Position numbers and translations under genes: made by a program | In this document: positions 1 through 10,605 of the stretch, piece by piece | How the letters are laid out: each line of letters starts with the position of its first letter | How positions within the stretch are numbered: the first letter of the stretch is position 1 | Notes under the pieces: model-generated | The model's input: the letters and a program-made list of their open reading frames with translations, nothing else | The model's database searches: none | What the model was told of the DNA's origin: nothing | Assembly: GCA_965199955.1 (NCBI GenBank) | Contig: CBDATQ010000001.1 | Coordinates: 416,001 to 480,000 of the forward strand | From: Spirochaetia bacterium | GTDB taxonomy: Bacteria; Spirochaetota; Spirochaetia; SZUA-6; Bin103 | Length of the DNA stretch: 64,000 nucleotides | Reading direction: 5' to 3'

Positions 1-28
1 ATGGTAGCAGAGCGGCCGGCCGCTCCGC

Positions 29-1904
29 TCAGCCGGAGGTGGGAGCCGGGGCGGCGGTGTCCGCGTGCTCGAACTGGCTCCGGTAGATGCGCGCGTAGGT
101 GCTGTTCGCCGCGATCAGCTCGTCGTGCGTGCCGCGCTCGGCAACTCGGCCCGCGTCGATCACGTAGATCACGTCGGCGCGCCGCACCGTGCTCAGCCGG
201 TGGGCGATGACGAAGCTGGTGCGCCCCTGCAGGAGCTCTCCCAGGGCTTCCTGGATGAGCAGCTCGGTGCGGGTGTCGACGTTGGAGGTGGCCTCGTCCA
301 GCACCAGGATGCGCGGGTCCTTGAGCAGCGCGCGGGCGATGGCCAGCAACTGGCGCTGGCCGCGGCTCAGGTTGACGGCGCCCTCCTGCAGCACGGTGTC
401 GTAGCCGTCGGGAAGGCGGGAGATGAATTCGTGCGCCCGCGCGCGGCGCGCGGCCGCCTCCACGGCGTCGTCGTCGGCGTCCGGCCGGCCGTAGCGGATG
501 TTGTGGCCGATGGTGTCCGCGAACAGGAAGGTGTCCTGGAGGACGATGCCAATGCTCTGCCGCAGGCTGTCTTGCGTCACGGCGCGGACGTCCTGCCCGT
601 CGATGGTCACCCCGCCCTCCTGCACGTCGTAGAAGCGCTCCAGCAGGCTGATGATGGTCGTCTTGCCGGCGCCGGTCGGGCCGACCAGCGCTACGGTCTG
701 ACCGGGCTCCGCGACCAGGTCGACGCCCTCCAGCACCGGCGTCTCCGGCTCGTACGCGAAGCTCACGCCGGACAGCTCGACGCGGCCGGCGGTGACCTCC
801 AGCGGCCGTGCGTCGTCGGCGTCGCGTACGCGCGGCTCCTCGTCCAGCAGCTCGAAGATGCGCTCGGCGCCGGCGATCGCCGACTGCACCTGCGTCCACA
901 TCATGGAGATGGACTGCACGGGCTCGAAGAAGCGGCGCACGTACTGCACGAAGCCGACGATCACGCCGATGCTGACCAGGTCCGCCCGCGCCAGGTAGCC
1001 GCCGTAGGCCAGCACCACCGCAAGGCCGACGGCGCTGAGCACGTCCATGGTCGGGGCGAACGCGGCGGTCAGCGATTCCGCGCCGACGTTGGCGTCGCGG
1101 TTGGCGCGGTTGAGCTCGCGGAAGCTGGACGAGTTCCAGCCCTGCCGGTTGAAGGCCTGTGCCACGCGCGCCGGAGATGTTCTGCTCCAGCTCGGAGCTC
1201 ACCCCGCTGATGGTCCTGCGGGTCTTGCGGAAGGCGATGCGGGCGCGCCGGGAGAACACCGCCGTGGACAGGTACATCAGCGGCAACAGCGCGAAGCTGA
1301 TCAGGGCCAGCCTCCAGTTGAGCGCCAGCATGCCGATCAGGATCGCGATCAGCAGCAGCACGCTTTGGGCCAGCCGCGACAGGCTCATGCCGAACGCACG
1401 GTTGATCACGTCGGTGTCGTTCGACAGGCGCGACACCAGGTCGCCGGCCTTGTGGTGGTCGAAGTAGCCGAGCGACAGCGCGTGCACCTTGCCCATGATC
1501 TGGCCGCGTATCCGCAGCAGCACGCGCTGTCCCAGCGCCAGCAGCGCCACGCGGCTGACGGCGCCGGCCAGCCAGCCGGCGATATAGAACGCCAGGACGA
1601 GCGCCATCGCCACGGCGAGCATCCGACCCGTCTCGGACGGTGGCAGCAACCCGTCCACGAACGCCTTGAGGCCGTCCACCGCCCGCGCGATGTACAGCGG
1701 CGCCAGCGCCTGCGCGCCGGCGGAGGCCGCCGCCGTCACCACCACCATGATGAACGCCAGGCGCTGGCCGCGCAGGTAGCCCAACAGCCGCCGCAACGTC
1801 CGCCCGACCCGCTCGGCCTTGCGCTCCTCTTCGGCGCCGAACGGCATCATGCCCATGCGTCCATGGCCGCCCGCGCGCTGCCGGTGACGTGCGGGATCGC
1901 TCAC
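29..1904 (-). CDS. ABC exporter permease/ATPase subunit (MsbA/TM288-like), frameshifted near 1166-1171
   Basis: C-terminal ORF 29..1165 has Walker A GPTGAGKTT, LSRGQRQ and LDEATSNVD. The N-terminal TM part reads from GTG 1904 (overlapping the upstream stop) to LEQNISGA; restoring 2 nt in a CG run gives ISGARVAQAF. Confidence 0.85.
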
Positions 1905-3733
1905 GGCGCCACCTCCCCGGGTTCGGCCGGCTCGGCGGCGGCCGGCTGCGCGGACAACTCGCCGTAGAAGACCTCGGCGTATAGCGCGTTGTCGTGCAGC
2001 AGCCGTTGGTGCTCGTCCAGCCCCGCCACCGTTCCCTCGTGCAGCAGCAGCACGCGGTCGGCGGCCAGCACCGTGTGCATGCGGCTGGCGATGACGAAGG
2101 ACAGCCGGTCCTGCCGGAGGTCGTCGAGCGCGGCGCGGATGCGCCGCTCGGTCTCGTAGTCGACGCTGCTGGTGCTGTCGTCGAGGATCAGGATGCGCGG
2201 CTCGATCAGCAGGGCGCGGGCGATCGCCACCCGCTGCTTCTGACCGCCCGAAAGGGTCACGCCGCGCTCGCCGACCATGCTGGCGTAGCCGTCGGGGAGC
2301 TCCGTGATGAACGGGTGCGCCTCCGCGGCGCGGGCGGCGGCCTCCACCTCGGCACCGGTGGCGTCCGGCCGGCCGTAGGCGATGTTCTCACGGATGGTGC
2401 CGCCGAACAGGGTGGTCTCCTCCAGCACGATGCCGATCTGCCGCCGTAGCGACTGCAGCGTGACGTCGCGGATGTCGGCGCCGTCGATGGTGATGCGGCC
2501 GGCGGTGGCGTCGTAGAAGCGCGGGATCAGGTTGATGATCGTGCTCTTGCCCGATCCGGTGGCGCCGACGATTGCCAGGGTCTCGGACGCCCCGGTGCGG
2601 AAGCTCACCTCGCGCAGCACCGGCGCCCCGACCCCGAAGTAGCTGAACGACACCCGCTCGAACTCGAGCCCCTCGCGGAGCGGCGCCAGCGTTGCCGCGC
2701 CGGGCTTCTCCGTGACTTCCGATTCGGCGTCCAGGATCTCGAAGATCCGCTCGGCGCCGGCGGCCGCCTGGGAGATCGACATCATGATCATGCCCAGCAT
2801 CGTGATCGGGAACATGGCGACGATCAGGTAGCCCTGGAACGCCACCAGCTCGCCGATGGTGAGGCGCTCGGCCAGGATCTGGACGCCGCCGCCCCAGGTA
2901 ATGACCACGGTGCCGATGTTGGCCATCGCGAACACCAGCGGAATGGCCAGCGAGAACAGGCGCCCCACGTGCATCATCTGCTCGTACATCTCGCGGCTCT
3001 CGACCTCGAACCGCTCCTGCTCGCGCGTGGCGCCGGTGAATGCCTTGACCGTGCGGACGCCGACGATGTTCTGCTCCAGGCGGGTGTTGAGCGCCGCGAT
3101 CTTCTCCTGCACGGCGCGGAACAGCGGCCGTCCCACCTTGGCCATGTAGGAGAAGATCACGAACACCACGGCCATCAGCGGAATCACGTGCAGGGCCAGC
3201 CGCCAGTTGGTCGCGAACAGCAGGGTGAAGCTGCCGATCAGCAGCACCACGGTGGTAATGATCTGGATCACGCCGGTGCTGACGAAGGTGCGCACCATGT
3301 CCACGTCGCTGGTGGCGCGGGTGAGGAGCTGCCCGGTCTGCGAGCGGTCGTGGTAGCTGAACGAGAGGCTCTGGACGTGGTCGTAGAGCCGGTTGCGCAG
3401 GTCGTAGGCGACGCCCTGTGACACGCGCGCGGCCAGGGCGCCCTGCACGTAGGTGAACAGCGAGCGGAGCGCCGTGACGGCGACGATCAGCAGCGCGCCG
3501 ATCAGGACCGCCTGCATCCGATCGACCAGGATGCCCGAGTCGATGACCTGCTGAGTGATGCGGGGCACGACCAGATTGCCGGCGGAGCTGGCCAGCAGGC
3601 AGACCAGGCTGACCAGGACGCGCCCCCGGTACGGGCGCATGTAGCTCAGGCTGCGCAGCAGGGCGCGCATCGCCGGGCGTCCGAGCCGGCGGCCGTCAGT
3701 CGGCTGCCGCGGTGAGGGACTCGACATCCTCAT
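1901..3733 (-). CDS. ABC exporter permease/ATPase subunit (TM287-like, degenerate site)
   Basis: TM domain, GATGSGKST, LSGGQKQR, ILDDSTSSVD. ATG at 3733 overlaps the MarR stop (alternative start 3727). Confidence 0.9.
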   Translation of the reverse strand: MRMSSPSPRQPTDGRRLGRPAMRALLRSLSYMRPYRGRVLVSLVCLLASSAGNLVVPRITQQVIDSGILVDRMQAVLIGALLIVAVTALRSLFTYVQGALAARVSQGVAYDLRNRLYDHVQSLSFSYHDRSQTGQLLTRATSDVDMVRTFVSTGVIQIITTVVLLIGSFTLLFATNWRLALHVIPLMAVVFVIFSYMAKVGRPLFRAVQEKIAALNTRLEQNIVGVRTVKAFTGATREQERFEVESREMYEQMMHVGRLFSLAIPLVFAMANIGTVVITWGGGVQILAERLTIGELVAFQGYLIVAMFPITMLGMIMMSISQAAAGAERIFEILDAESEVTEKPGAATLAPLREGLEFERVSFSYFGVGAPVLREVSFRTGASETLAIVGATGSGKSTIINLIPRFYDATAGRITIDGADIRDVTLQSLRRQIGIVLEETTLFGGTIRENIAYGRPDATGAEVEAAARAAEAHPFITELPDGYASMVGERGVTLSGGQKQRVAIARALLIEPRILILDDSTSSVDYETERRIRAALDDLRQDRLSFVIASRMHTVLAADRVLLLHEGTVAGLDEHQRLLHDNALYAEVFYGELSAQPAAAEPAEPGEVAP

Positions 3734-4173
3734 TCTCCCGGCCGGCCAGCCAGTCGGTCCAGCAGCTCGTTCAGGCGCTCCCGATCCTCGTCGCTGAGGG
3801 GCTCCATGATCCGGTGGATGCCGTCCACGTACTGCGGCCACAGCCGGTCCATCAGGGCGCGGCCGGCAGGCGTCACATGCACCAGCACCACGCGCCGGTC
3901 GTGGGCGGCCGGTTGGCGTTCGACCAGTCCGTCGCGCTCCAGGCGGTCGACGACACCGGAGGCGTTGCCGGGGTCGGCCCACGACCGGGCGGCGAGCCTG
4001 GTCACCGGGATGCCCTGATCCGGGATCCGCACCAGGGTGTGGAACTGCGCCCCGGTCAGCCCCGCCTGTGCGAACATCGCGCCCATCGCCCGCTTCATGG
4101 ACAGCGTCGTGCGCAGCAGGCGCCGGAAGGTGGCGACGGTCGGATCGGCGCATTCGTCACAGCGGAGATCCAT
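3730..4173 (-). CDS. MarR-family transcriptional regulator
   Basis: GLTGAQF...VVDRLERDGLVER...DRRVVLVHVTPAGRAL winged-helix signature. Confidence 0.9.
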   Translation of the reverse strand: MDLRCDECADPTVATFRRLLRTTLSMKRAMGAMFAQAGLTGAQFHTLVRIPDQGIPVTRLAARSWADPGNASGVVDRLERDGLVERQPAAHDRRVVLVHVTPAGRALMDRLWPQYVDGIHRIMEPLSDEDRERLNELLDRLAGRPGE

Positions 4174-4182
4174 ACCGAAAAC

Positions 4183-4209
4183 TTGAGATCGCAAATGTTA
4201 TGATCGCAA
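4183..4209. promoter_or_regulatory. Putative MarR operator: two imperfect palindromes TTGAGATCGCAA and TTATGATCGCAA
   Basis: Two GATCGCAA-containing boxes spaced 15 bp apart, 10-36 bp upstream of the marR ATG. Confidence 0.55.
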
Positions 4210-4313
4210 GGACTGATCGTCAAGGGAATGCCCCGGCTGGAGCGAGTACCGGGACATACCGGGGTGCGAGCGTGTTGTACGATCGGCAAGGCAGGTAGCG
4301 GAGAGACCGCAGA

Positions 4314-4647
4314 GTGATGAAGATCGGTGCGTTTTCGGTGAGTCTGGCGGTGAAGGACCTGCAAGCCGCGAAGGCGTTCTATGAGAAGCTCGGCTTCAGC
4401 CGCGCCGGCGGCGACGGAAGCGGCTACCTGATCATGGTCAATGGGGGCGCCACGATCGGCCTGTTCCAGGGGATGTTCGACGGCAACATCCTCACGTTCA
4501 ACCCCGGGCTGCGGCAGGACGGGTCGCAACTCACGGAGTTCACGGATGTCAGGGAGATACGAGAGTCCCTGCGTGCGAGCGGCATCGAGATGACGACGGA
4601 CACGGATCCGGCGGGCACCGGTCCGGCCCACATCGTGTTCCGTGCTA
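4314..4647 (+). pseudogene. VOC/glyoxalase-family protein, 3'-truncated
   Basis: MKIGAFSVSLAVKDLQAAKAFYEKLGF...ILTFNPG...GPAHIVF then runs into the antisense of the M23 gene; the expected DPDGN end is missing. Confidence 0.7.
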
Positions 4648-5181
4648 ACCGGGGCGAATCAGGCGCCAGAGGGCGCGGCGGGCGCTGTCGATGGCCAGGA
4701 ACGGACCCGGCGGAAGCCGCCGGCCGAGCCAGCGCACCTCGAAGTGCACGTGCGGGCCGGTGGCCCGGCCGCTCTGACCGGCCGACCCGATGCGCGTCCA
4801 CTTCAGGACCGGCCGGCCTGCGCGCGTGCGCGCGGACTCGAGGTGCGCGTACAGGGTCGAGAACCCCAGCCAGTGGCGGATGATGACGTAGGTGCCCAGG
4901 GTGGGACTGGACCCCACCACGTCTACGATCCCGCTCTTGGCCGCGCGCACCGGACCGCCCAGCGGCGCGCGGAAGTCGATTCCCTTGTGCACTTCCAGCG
5001 CCAGGGGATTTGCGCTCTCCGGTCTCGTCCGCAGGAAGTAGCGCGAAGTGACCGCGCCCGGTACCGGCCGCACGTACGGCGGGACCACCAGATTGAATGC
5101 CAGCAGCAGCAGCGCGATGCGCAGCAGCCGGCGGCGTCGCGCCGGCACGGCGTACCTCGTGCTCTTGGCCTTCACCCGCAT
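4645..5181 (-). CDS. M23-family metallopeptidase
   Basis: HKGIDF, TLYAHL and GRATGPHVHFEV motifs; N-terminal hydrophobic anchor. Confidence 0.9.
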   Translation of the reverse strand: MRVKAKSTRYAVPARRRRLLRIALLLLAFNLVVPPYVRPVPGAVTSRYFLRTRPESANPLALEVHKGIDFRAPLGGPVRAAKSGIVDVVGSSPTLGTYVIIRHWLGFSTLYAHLESARTRAGRPVLKWTRIGSAGQSGRATGPHVHFEVRWLGRRLPPGPFLAIDSARRALWRLIRPG

Positions 5182-5277
5182 GTACGGGAAGGTGGGTCTT
5201 CCGGCACTCGGATGGTGCGGGACCGCTCGGCACGCATCGACGATCCGCCGGGAGGCTCTCGCGCTGACTCAAGCCCG

Positions 5278-5480
5278 GCGTGGCGGTGGCGGTGATGAGC
5301 CGCACACAGAAGCCTGAGGTTGGCACGCTCCGCGCCGCCGCCGCGGGCGTACGGGATGCGGTGTTGCGCGCACAGCTTCATGGCGCCGATCCTCCCATAC
5401 GTGGCCCCGTCGCTGTAGCCGAGCCCGCGCGTCACGTAGTCGAACAGGCTGGAGAAGCCGCGGCGCAGGTACAGCGCGCG
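5278..5480 (-). pseudogene. Internally deleted HNH endonuclease remnant
   Basis: LYLRRGFSSLFDYVTRGLGYSDG..RIGAMKLC joined directly to the HNH tail HRIPYARGGGAERANLRLLCAAHH; no own start codon. Confidence 0.65.
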
Positions 5481-5522
5481 CGCCTGTACAGTCGCACGCG
5501 CCGGCCCGCACAGTAGCCGGGC

Positions 5523-6596
5523 ATGGCTCGAGCCGCTGTTCCCGGCCTGTTGACGCCGATCACGATCAAGGGGCGCACGCTGCGCAACCGGATCGTGATG
5601 CCGCCGATGGCAAGCCACTTGTCGCCGCCGGACGGCTCGGTGACGCAGGAGCACCTGGACCGCTACGTGCCGCGCGCGGCCGCCGGCGTCGGCCTGGTGA
5701 TGGTCGAGCACTGCTACGTGGTGGCCGACGGCCGCACCAGCGACGACCAGCTCGGCATCCACGACGACGCGGTGGTCGCCGGGCACGCAGTCCTCTGCGA
5801 GCGAATCCGGGCGACCGGCGCGGTGACCGGCGTGCAGCTCAATCATGGGGGAGGCAAGGTTCCGAGCGCCTGCAGCGGCCATCAGCCGGTCAGCGCCTCC
5901 GCCGGCGTGGTCCCGCGTGGGCAGGAGGACTGCCGGGCCGCCACGGTCCCCGAGATCGAGGAGTACCCGCGCGACTTCGCCCGCGCCGCGCGCCGCGGGG
6001 TGAGGGCCGGCTACGACCTGGTGGAGATCCACGGCGCCCACGGTTACCTGCTCAGCCAGTACCTGTCGCCGCTGGTCAACCGGCGCGACGACCGCTACGG
6101 CGGTGACGCCGATCGCCGCCTGGCCCTGCCGCTCGCGGTGGTGCGCGCCGTGCGGGCCGAGGTAGGGCCGGACTACTGGATCCAATACCGCTTGGGCGCG
6201 CTGGATTACAAGGACGGCGGCCTGGACGCGGAGGCGGCGGTGGCGGCGGCAGGGGCGCTGGTCGCGGCCGGCGTCGACGTCATCCACATCTCCGGCGGGG
6301 TGCACGGCCCGCAGGCGCAGGACTGGGACGGTGCCTCCGAGGGCTACCACGTCGGCATCGCCGCCCGCGTGCGCGCCGGCGTCACCGTGCCCGTGATCGT
6401 GCCGGGGGCGATCCGTACGCCGGCGTTCGCCGACCGCGTGGTCCGCGAAGGCAAGGCCGACCTGGTCGCGGTAGGCACGGCGATGCTCGACAATCCCCGG
6501 TGGGCGGCCGACGCGATCGAGGCGCTGGCCGGCTCCTCGCAGCCCGTCGAGCCGTTGCCGGGCGGCAACCCGTGCGGTACGGTTGGCTCTTCGTGA
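5523..6596 (+). CDS. NADH:flavin oxidoreductase (Old Yellow Enzyme family)
   Basis: LRNRIVMPPM, GYDLVEIHGAHGYLLSQYLSP..N.R.D.YGG. Confidence 0.93.
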   Translation: MARAAVPGLLTPITIKGRTLRNRIVMPPMASHLSPPDGSVTQEHLDRYVPRAAAGVGLVMVEHCYVVADGRTSDDQLGIHDDAVVAGHAVLCERIRATGAVTGVQLNHGGGKVPSACSGHQPVSASAGVVPRGQEDCRAATVPEIEEYPRDFARAARRGVRAGYDLVEIHGAHGYLLSQYLSPLVNRRDDRYGGDADRRLALPLAVVRAVRAEVGPDYWIQYRLGALDYKDGGLDAEAAVAAAGALVAAGVDVIHISGGVHGPQAQDWDGASEGYHVGIAARVRAGVTVPVIVPGAIRTPAFADRVVREGKADLVAVGTAMLDNPRWAADAIEALAGSSQPVEPLPGGNPCGTVGSS

Positions 6597-6614
6597 AGGA
6601 GCTTCGCAGGTTCC

Positions 6615-7577
6615 GTGGCGACTGACCCGGCAGCGCAGACCGCCGATGCGCAGCGCGAGTTGCTACGCCGTCAGCTCCGCACGCGTGCCCTGCGCATGCG
6701 GCCTCTCTACCTGCTCCTGCTGATCTCCTTCGCCTTTCTGTTCCTGTTCAAGTACGTGCCGATCTACGGGATGGCGATCGCCTTCACGGACTTCAACGTC
6801 CGCGACGGGCTGCTCGGCAGCGACTGGAACAACTTCGCCTACTTCAAGCGGATGGCGCGCGATCCGTTCTTCAGCCGCGTGCTGTTCAACACCGCCTACC
6901 TCAGCTTCCTGCGCCTGGTATTCCAGTTTCCGACGCCCATCGTCTTCGCGCTGCTGCTCAACGAGATCCGGTTCACCCCCTTCAAGCGGGCGGTGCAGAG
7001 CGTCAGCTACTTCCCGCACTTCATCTCCTGGGTGCTCCTGAGCGGCATCATCTCGCAGATCCTCAACACCTACGGCCCCGTGTACTGGTTCTTCGGCGTG
7101 ATCGGCTCGGAGCCGGTCCACCTGCTCACGTACGCTCCAACCTTCCGTGGCCTGCTGGTGCTCACCGGCATCTGGCAGAGCGTGGGCTGGGCCTCGATCA
7201 TCTACCTGGCGGCACTGTCCGGGATCGACTCGCAACTCTACGAGAGCGCCCAGATCGACGGGGCCGGCCGGCTCCGGCAGGCGTTCAGCATCAGCCTGCC
7301 GTCGCTGGTGCCGATGATCTACATCCTGTTCCTGCTGCAGGTGGCCGCGCTGATGCACGAGTCGTGGGAGCAGATCTTCAACCTGTACAACCCCAACGTG
7401 TTCGCAGTCGCAGACGTGTTCGAGACGCTCATTTACCGCGCCGGCATCCAGGACGCCCGCTTCGGCTACACCACCGCGATCGGCATGTTCCAGAACGTCG
7501 CCGGACTGATTATTCTGCTCATCGTCAACGCGATTGTCCGCCGCTCCGCCGACTACGGCCACTTCGCCCTGTGGTGA
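6615..7577 (+). CDS. Carbohydrate ABC transporter permease (LplB-like)
   Basis: YFPHFISWV, IIYLAALSGID..LYESAQIDGAGR (EAA loop). Confidence 0.93.
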   Translation: MATDPAAQTADAQRELLRRQLRTRALRMRPLYLLLLISFAFLFLFKYVPIYGMAIAFTDFNVRDGLLGSDWNNFAYFKRMARDPFFSRVLFNTAYLSFLRLVFQFPTPIVFALLLNEIRFTPFKRAVQSVSYFPHFISWVLLSGIISQILNTYGPVYWFFGVIGSEPVHLLTYAPTFRGLLVLTGIWQSVGWASIIYLAALSGIDSQLYESAQIDGAGRLRQAFSISLPSLVPMIYILFLLQVAALMHESWEQIFNLYNPNVFAVADVFETLIYRAGIQDARFGYTTAIGMFQNVAGLIILLIVNAIVRRSADYGHFALW

Positions 7578-7629
7578 GGCTCGCTCCGGTGAGACGGCGG
7601 GACGGATCGGTACGGGGGAGCTGAGCGCG

Positions 7630-8532
7630 ATGGCAGTGCGGGGCCGGACGAGCGCGGCCGGCGTGACCTTCGACATCGCCAACTACGCGTTCTTCGTGCT
7701 GCTGTCGCTGACCTTCATCTATCCGTTCTGGTCCATCATCACCCAGTCGTTCGCCCCGATTCATGCCGTCCACCGGATGGGCTTCCACGTGTGGCCGGGA
7801 GAGATCGACACCGAGGCGTGGAACTACGTGTTCGACGAGCATGACGTGGCGCCGGCCTACTTCAACACGACCTTCCGGGTCGTGCTCGGCGTGCTTGCGA
7901 CCCTGCTGGTCACGTTCACCGCCGGGTACGCCCTCTCCAAGCCGACGCTGCCGTGGCGCAAGTCGCTGACCCTCGTCTACATCCTGACCCTGTTCTTCTC
8001 GGGCGGGATCATCCCGCTGTTCCTGTTGATCCGCGGCCTGGGGCTGTTCAACACCCGCGCCGTGCTGATCCTGGTGCCGGCCATCAACGTCTTCTGGATC
8101 GTGCTGGCCCGCACGTACCTGATGACCATCGATCAGGCGATGGAGGATTCGGCGATGATCGACGGCGCCACCTACTGGACGGTGCTCGTGCGCATCATCA
8201 CGCCGCTGGCCAAGCCCGTGATCGCGGTGATCTCCCTGTTCTCGGCCGTCCAGCACTGGAACTCCTGGTTCGACGCGCTGATCTACGCCCCGCACCCCCG
8301 CCTGATCGTGCTGCAGATGCTGGTCTTCCGGATGCTGACGGACCTCCGCAGCGACTGGTTCATCGAGTACCAGGAGATGATGCGCCAGGCGGGCATCGAC
8401 GTGGAGATGTTCGCCGCCGAGGCGGTGCAGGCGGCCACCATCGTCCTGACCATCGGCCCGATCATCCTGGTCTACCCCTTCCTGCAGCGGTTCTTCGTCA
8501 AGGGCGTGATGCTGGGCTCCCTGAAAGGATGA
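7630..8532 (+). CDS. Carbohydrate ABC transporter permease (LplC-like)
   Basis: FSGGIIP, EDSAMIDGA, YPFLQRFFVKGVMLGSLKG. Confidence 0.93.
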   Translation: MAVRGRTSAAGVTFDIANYAFFVLLSLTFIYPFWSIITQSFAPIHAVHRMGFHVWPGEIDTEAWNYVFDEHDVAPAYFNTTFRVVLGVLATLLVTFTAGYALSKPTLPWRKSLTLVYILTLFFSGGIIPLFLLIRGLGLFNTRAVLILVPAINVFWIVLARTYLMTIDQAMEDSAMIDGATYWTVLVRIITPLAKPVIAVISLFSAVQHWNSWFDALIYAPHPRLIVLQMLVFRMLTDLRSDWFIEYQEMMRQAGIDVEMFAAEAVQAATIVLTIGPIILVYPFLQRFFVKGVMLGSLKG

Positions 8533-8623
8533 AGCAGGCGGACAACTGCGCTACCATCGGCGCATCGACCCGAGGGAGGGCCGCGGGCCCTCGTCGCAAC
8601 CGACTCCCAAGAAGGAGAGGGAC

Positions 8624-10463
8624 ATGAAAACGAAGCGAATGCTGGCTCTGATCGCCTGCGGCTTGCTCCTTGCCGCCGGCACGGCGATCGGGGACGGCCA
8701 GGACGAGGTCGACCGGCTCTCGTTCAGCAACGAGGATACGCTCGAGCTCGTCTGGGGCGGGTACTCCGGAACGGAGATCACCGACGACAACTGGGTGAAG
8801 GTCCACATCGAGGACCTGTTCAACGTCGACATTACCAACACGATCATGCACGGCGGCCGGCAGGAAGCCCTCAACACCATGCTCGCCGCCGGCGAACATC
8901 CCGACGTGCTCTGGGGCTTCATCGACATGGTGGCGTGGTTCAACAAAGGGGGCCTTCCGCACCATTCCACGCGACATGATCGAGCGCTACGCTCCGAACT
9001 ACAGCGAGTTCATCGACAACGAGGGTCCGCTGACGTGGGGGGTGAGCCTGGCGCCCGGCTCCACCGACGAATACATGAACCTGCCGCGCGCCGAGCACTA
9101 CCAGCAGGGGTGTGACCGGCTGGCGTGGTGGCGGCTGGACTGGCTGCGCCAGATCGGCATGGACCCGGCGGGTCTGGACGGCAAGGCGCCGAAGCTGGGC
9201 GAGTTGAACGGCCTGATGTACGACGAGGGCGCTCCCGATCCGGAGGACCCGGCCGGCATGCCGGATACCTTCTACATGTGGTTCGGCCACTTCGACTGGG
9301 ACGAGGTGGAATCGATCATGGCCGGCTTCCGCGCGGCCGACTTCAACGGCAACGGTCAGCCGGACGAGATCCCCTTCGCCACCATGGGCGCCGGCCAAGG
9401 GTCCGAGGCCCAGGACATCGTGTTCTTCATGGGCCTGGGGATGGTCTTCGACGCGTTCGGCGTCAATTCCGTGGAGAACTACTACGATCCCGAGCAGGAC
9501 CTGACGGTACGCGAGGACACCTACTCGCAGAGCCGCGAGGCGCTGAAGGCGCTGCAGCGTTGGTTCCAACTGGGGTACCTGGATCAGAACCTGCCGGCGG
9601 TCACCCGTGCCGAGTGGGAGCAGCGCTGGCAGAACGGGTTGGCCGGCATGTGGTCGCGCGGCCAGAACTGCGGCACCAGCGCCCGCTACGGCGAACCGGG
9701 CGGGCACTGCGGGCGCCTCGTCAGGAACGTGCCGGAGGCCAAGCTGGTGACGACGCTGCCGATAATCGGTCCGACCGGCATCACGCGGTGTCCGTTCGAC
9801 GGGCGGTCCACGCCGATGAATCCGGGCATGGGCTACAGCATCAAGCACGACGTCACCGACGAGGAGCTGGCGCGCATCCTGCAGATCTTCGACTACCTCA
9901 ACTACGATTCGCAGGGCATCATCCACGGCCAGTGGGGTCCGCCCGGCCTGTTCTTCGACTGGAACGGCAAGGACGGCGCCGCAGGGACGCCGTACGACTG
10001 CATGAACAGTTGGGTCACGCCCAAGGAGGGCGTGTCGGGCTACGGCCAGCACTACGGCTTCTTCTACTACAACGCCTACCACTGGCACGACGGCTTCCGC
10101 TTCTGCACCGTGAACAAGGATCGGGATGACCTGACCGAGGGCGTCACGTGGCAGAACTTCATGAAGAAGAACCCGTACATCCAGGAAATCTCGACCCCGG
10201 ACCATCGGGAAGACATCTTCACCCAGACCGACTATCTGCCGCTCTGGGCGGAGTTCGGCGACGGGCTGACCACGCTCAAGCAGGAGACCTGGTGGCGCTA
10301 CATCACCACCGACGTCGACATCGACGCCGACTGGCAGCGCTACGTCGACGAGTGGATGAGTATCGGCGGGCGCGAGATCCTCGACGAGCTCAACAAGGCG
10401 CCGCTGGTTTCGGACATCCGTACGGGCGCCGCCCACCTTGCCGACATGCTCCCGCAGTATTGA
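8624..10463 (+). CDS. ABC transporter substrate-binding protein (LplA-like), frameshifted in a G5 run at ~8948-8952
   Basis: RBS AGGAGAGG and signal peptide. Removing one G joins WFNKG to AFRTIPRDMIERYAPNY; contains the DFNGNGQPDE Ca-loop-like motif. Confidence 0.85.
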
Positions 10464-10501
10464 GGCGATCGTGAGCTGACGTTCACGGAACCGACGCACA
10501 T

Positions 10502-10537
10502 GGGCGGCCGCTCCCACGTGGGGTGGCCGCCCTTTTT
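10502..10537 (+). terminator. Rho-independent terminator
   Basis: GGGCGGCC...GGCCGCCC stem followed by TTTTT, after the SBP stop. Confidence 0.85.
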
Positions 10538-10605
10538 CGTGGGTCGGACGCCGGGTGCGCTACAGTGCGCACCACCCGAGCCGAAGGCGCGTCCAATGAG
10601 GTGAC

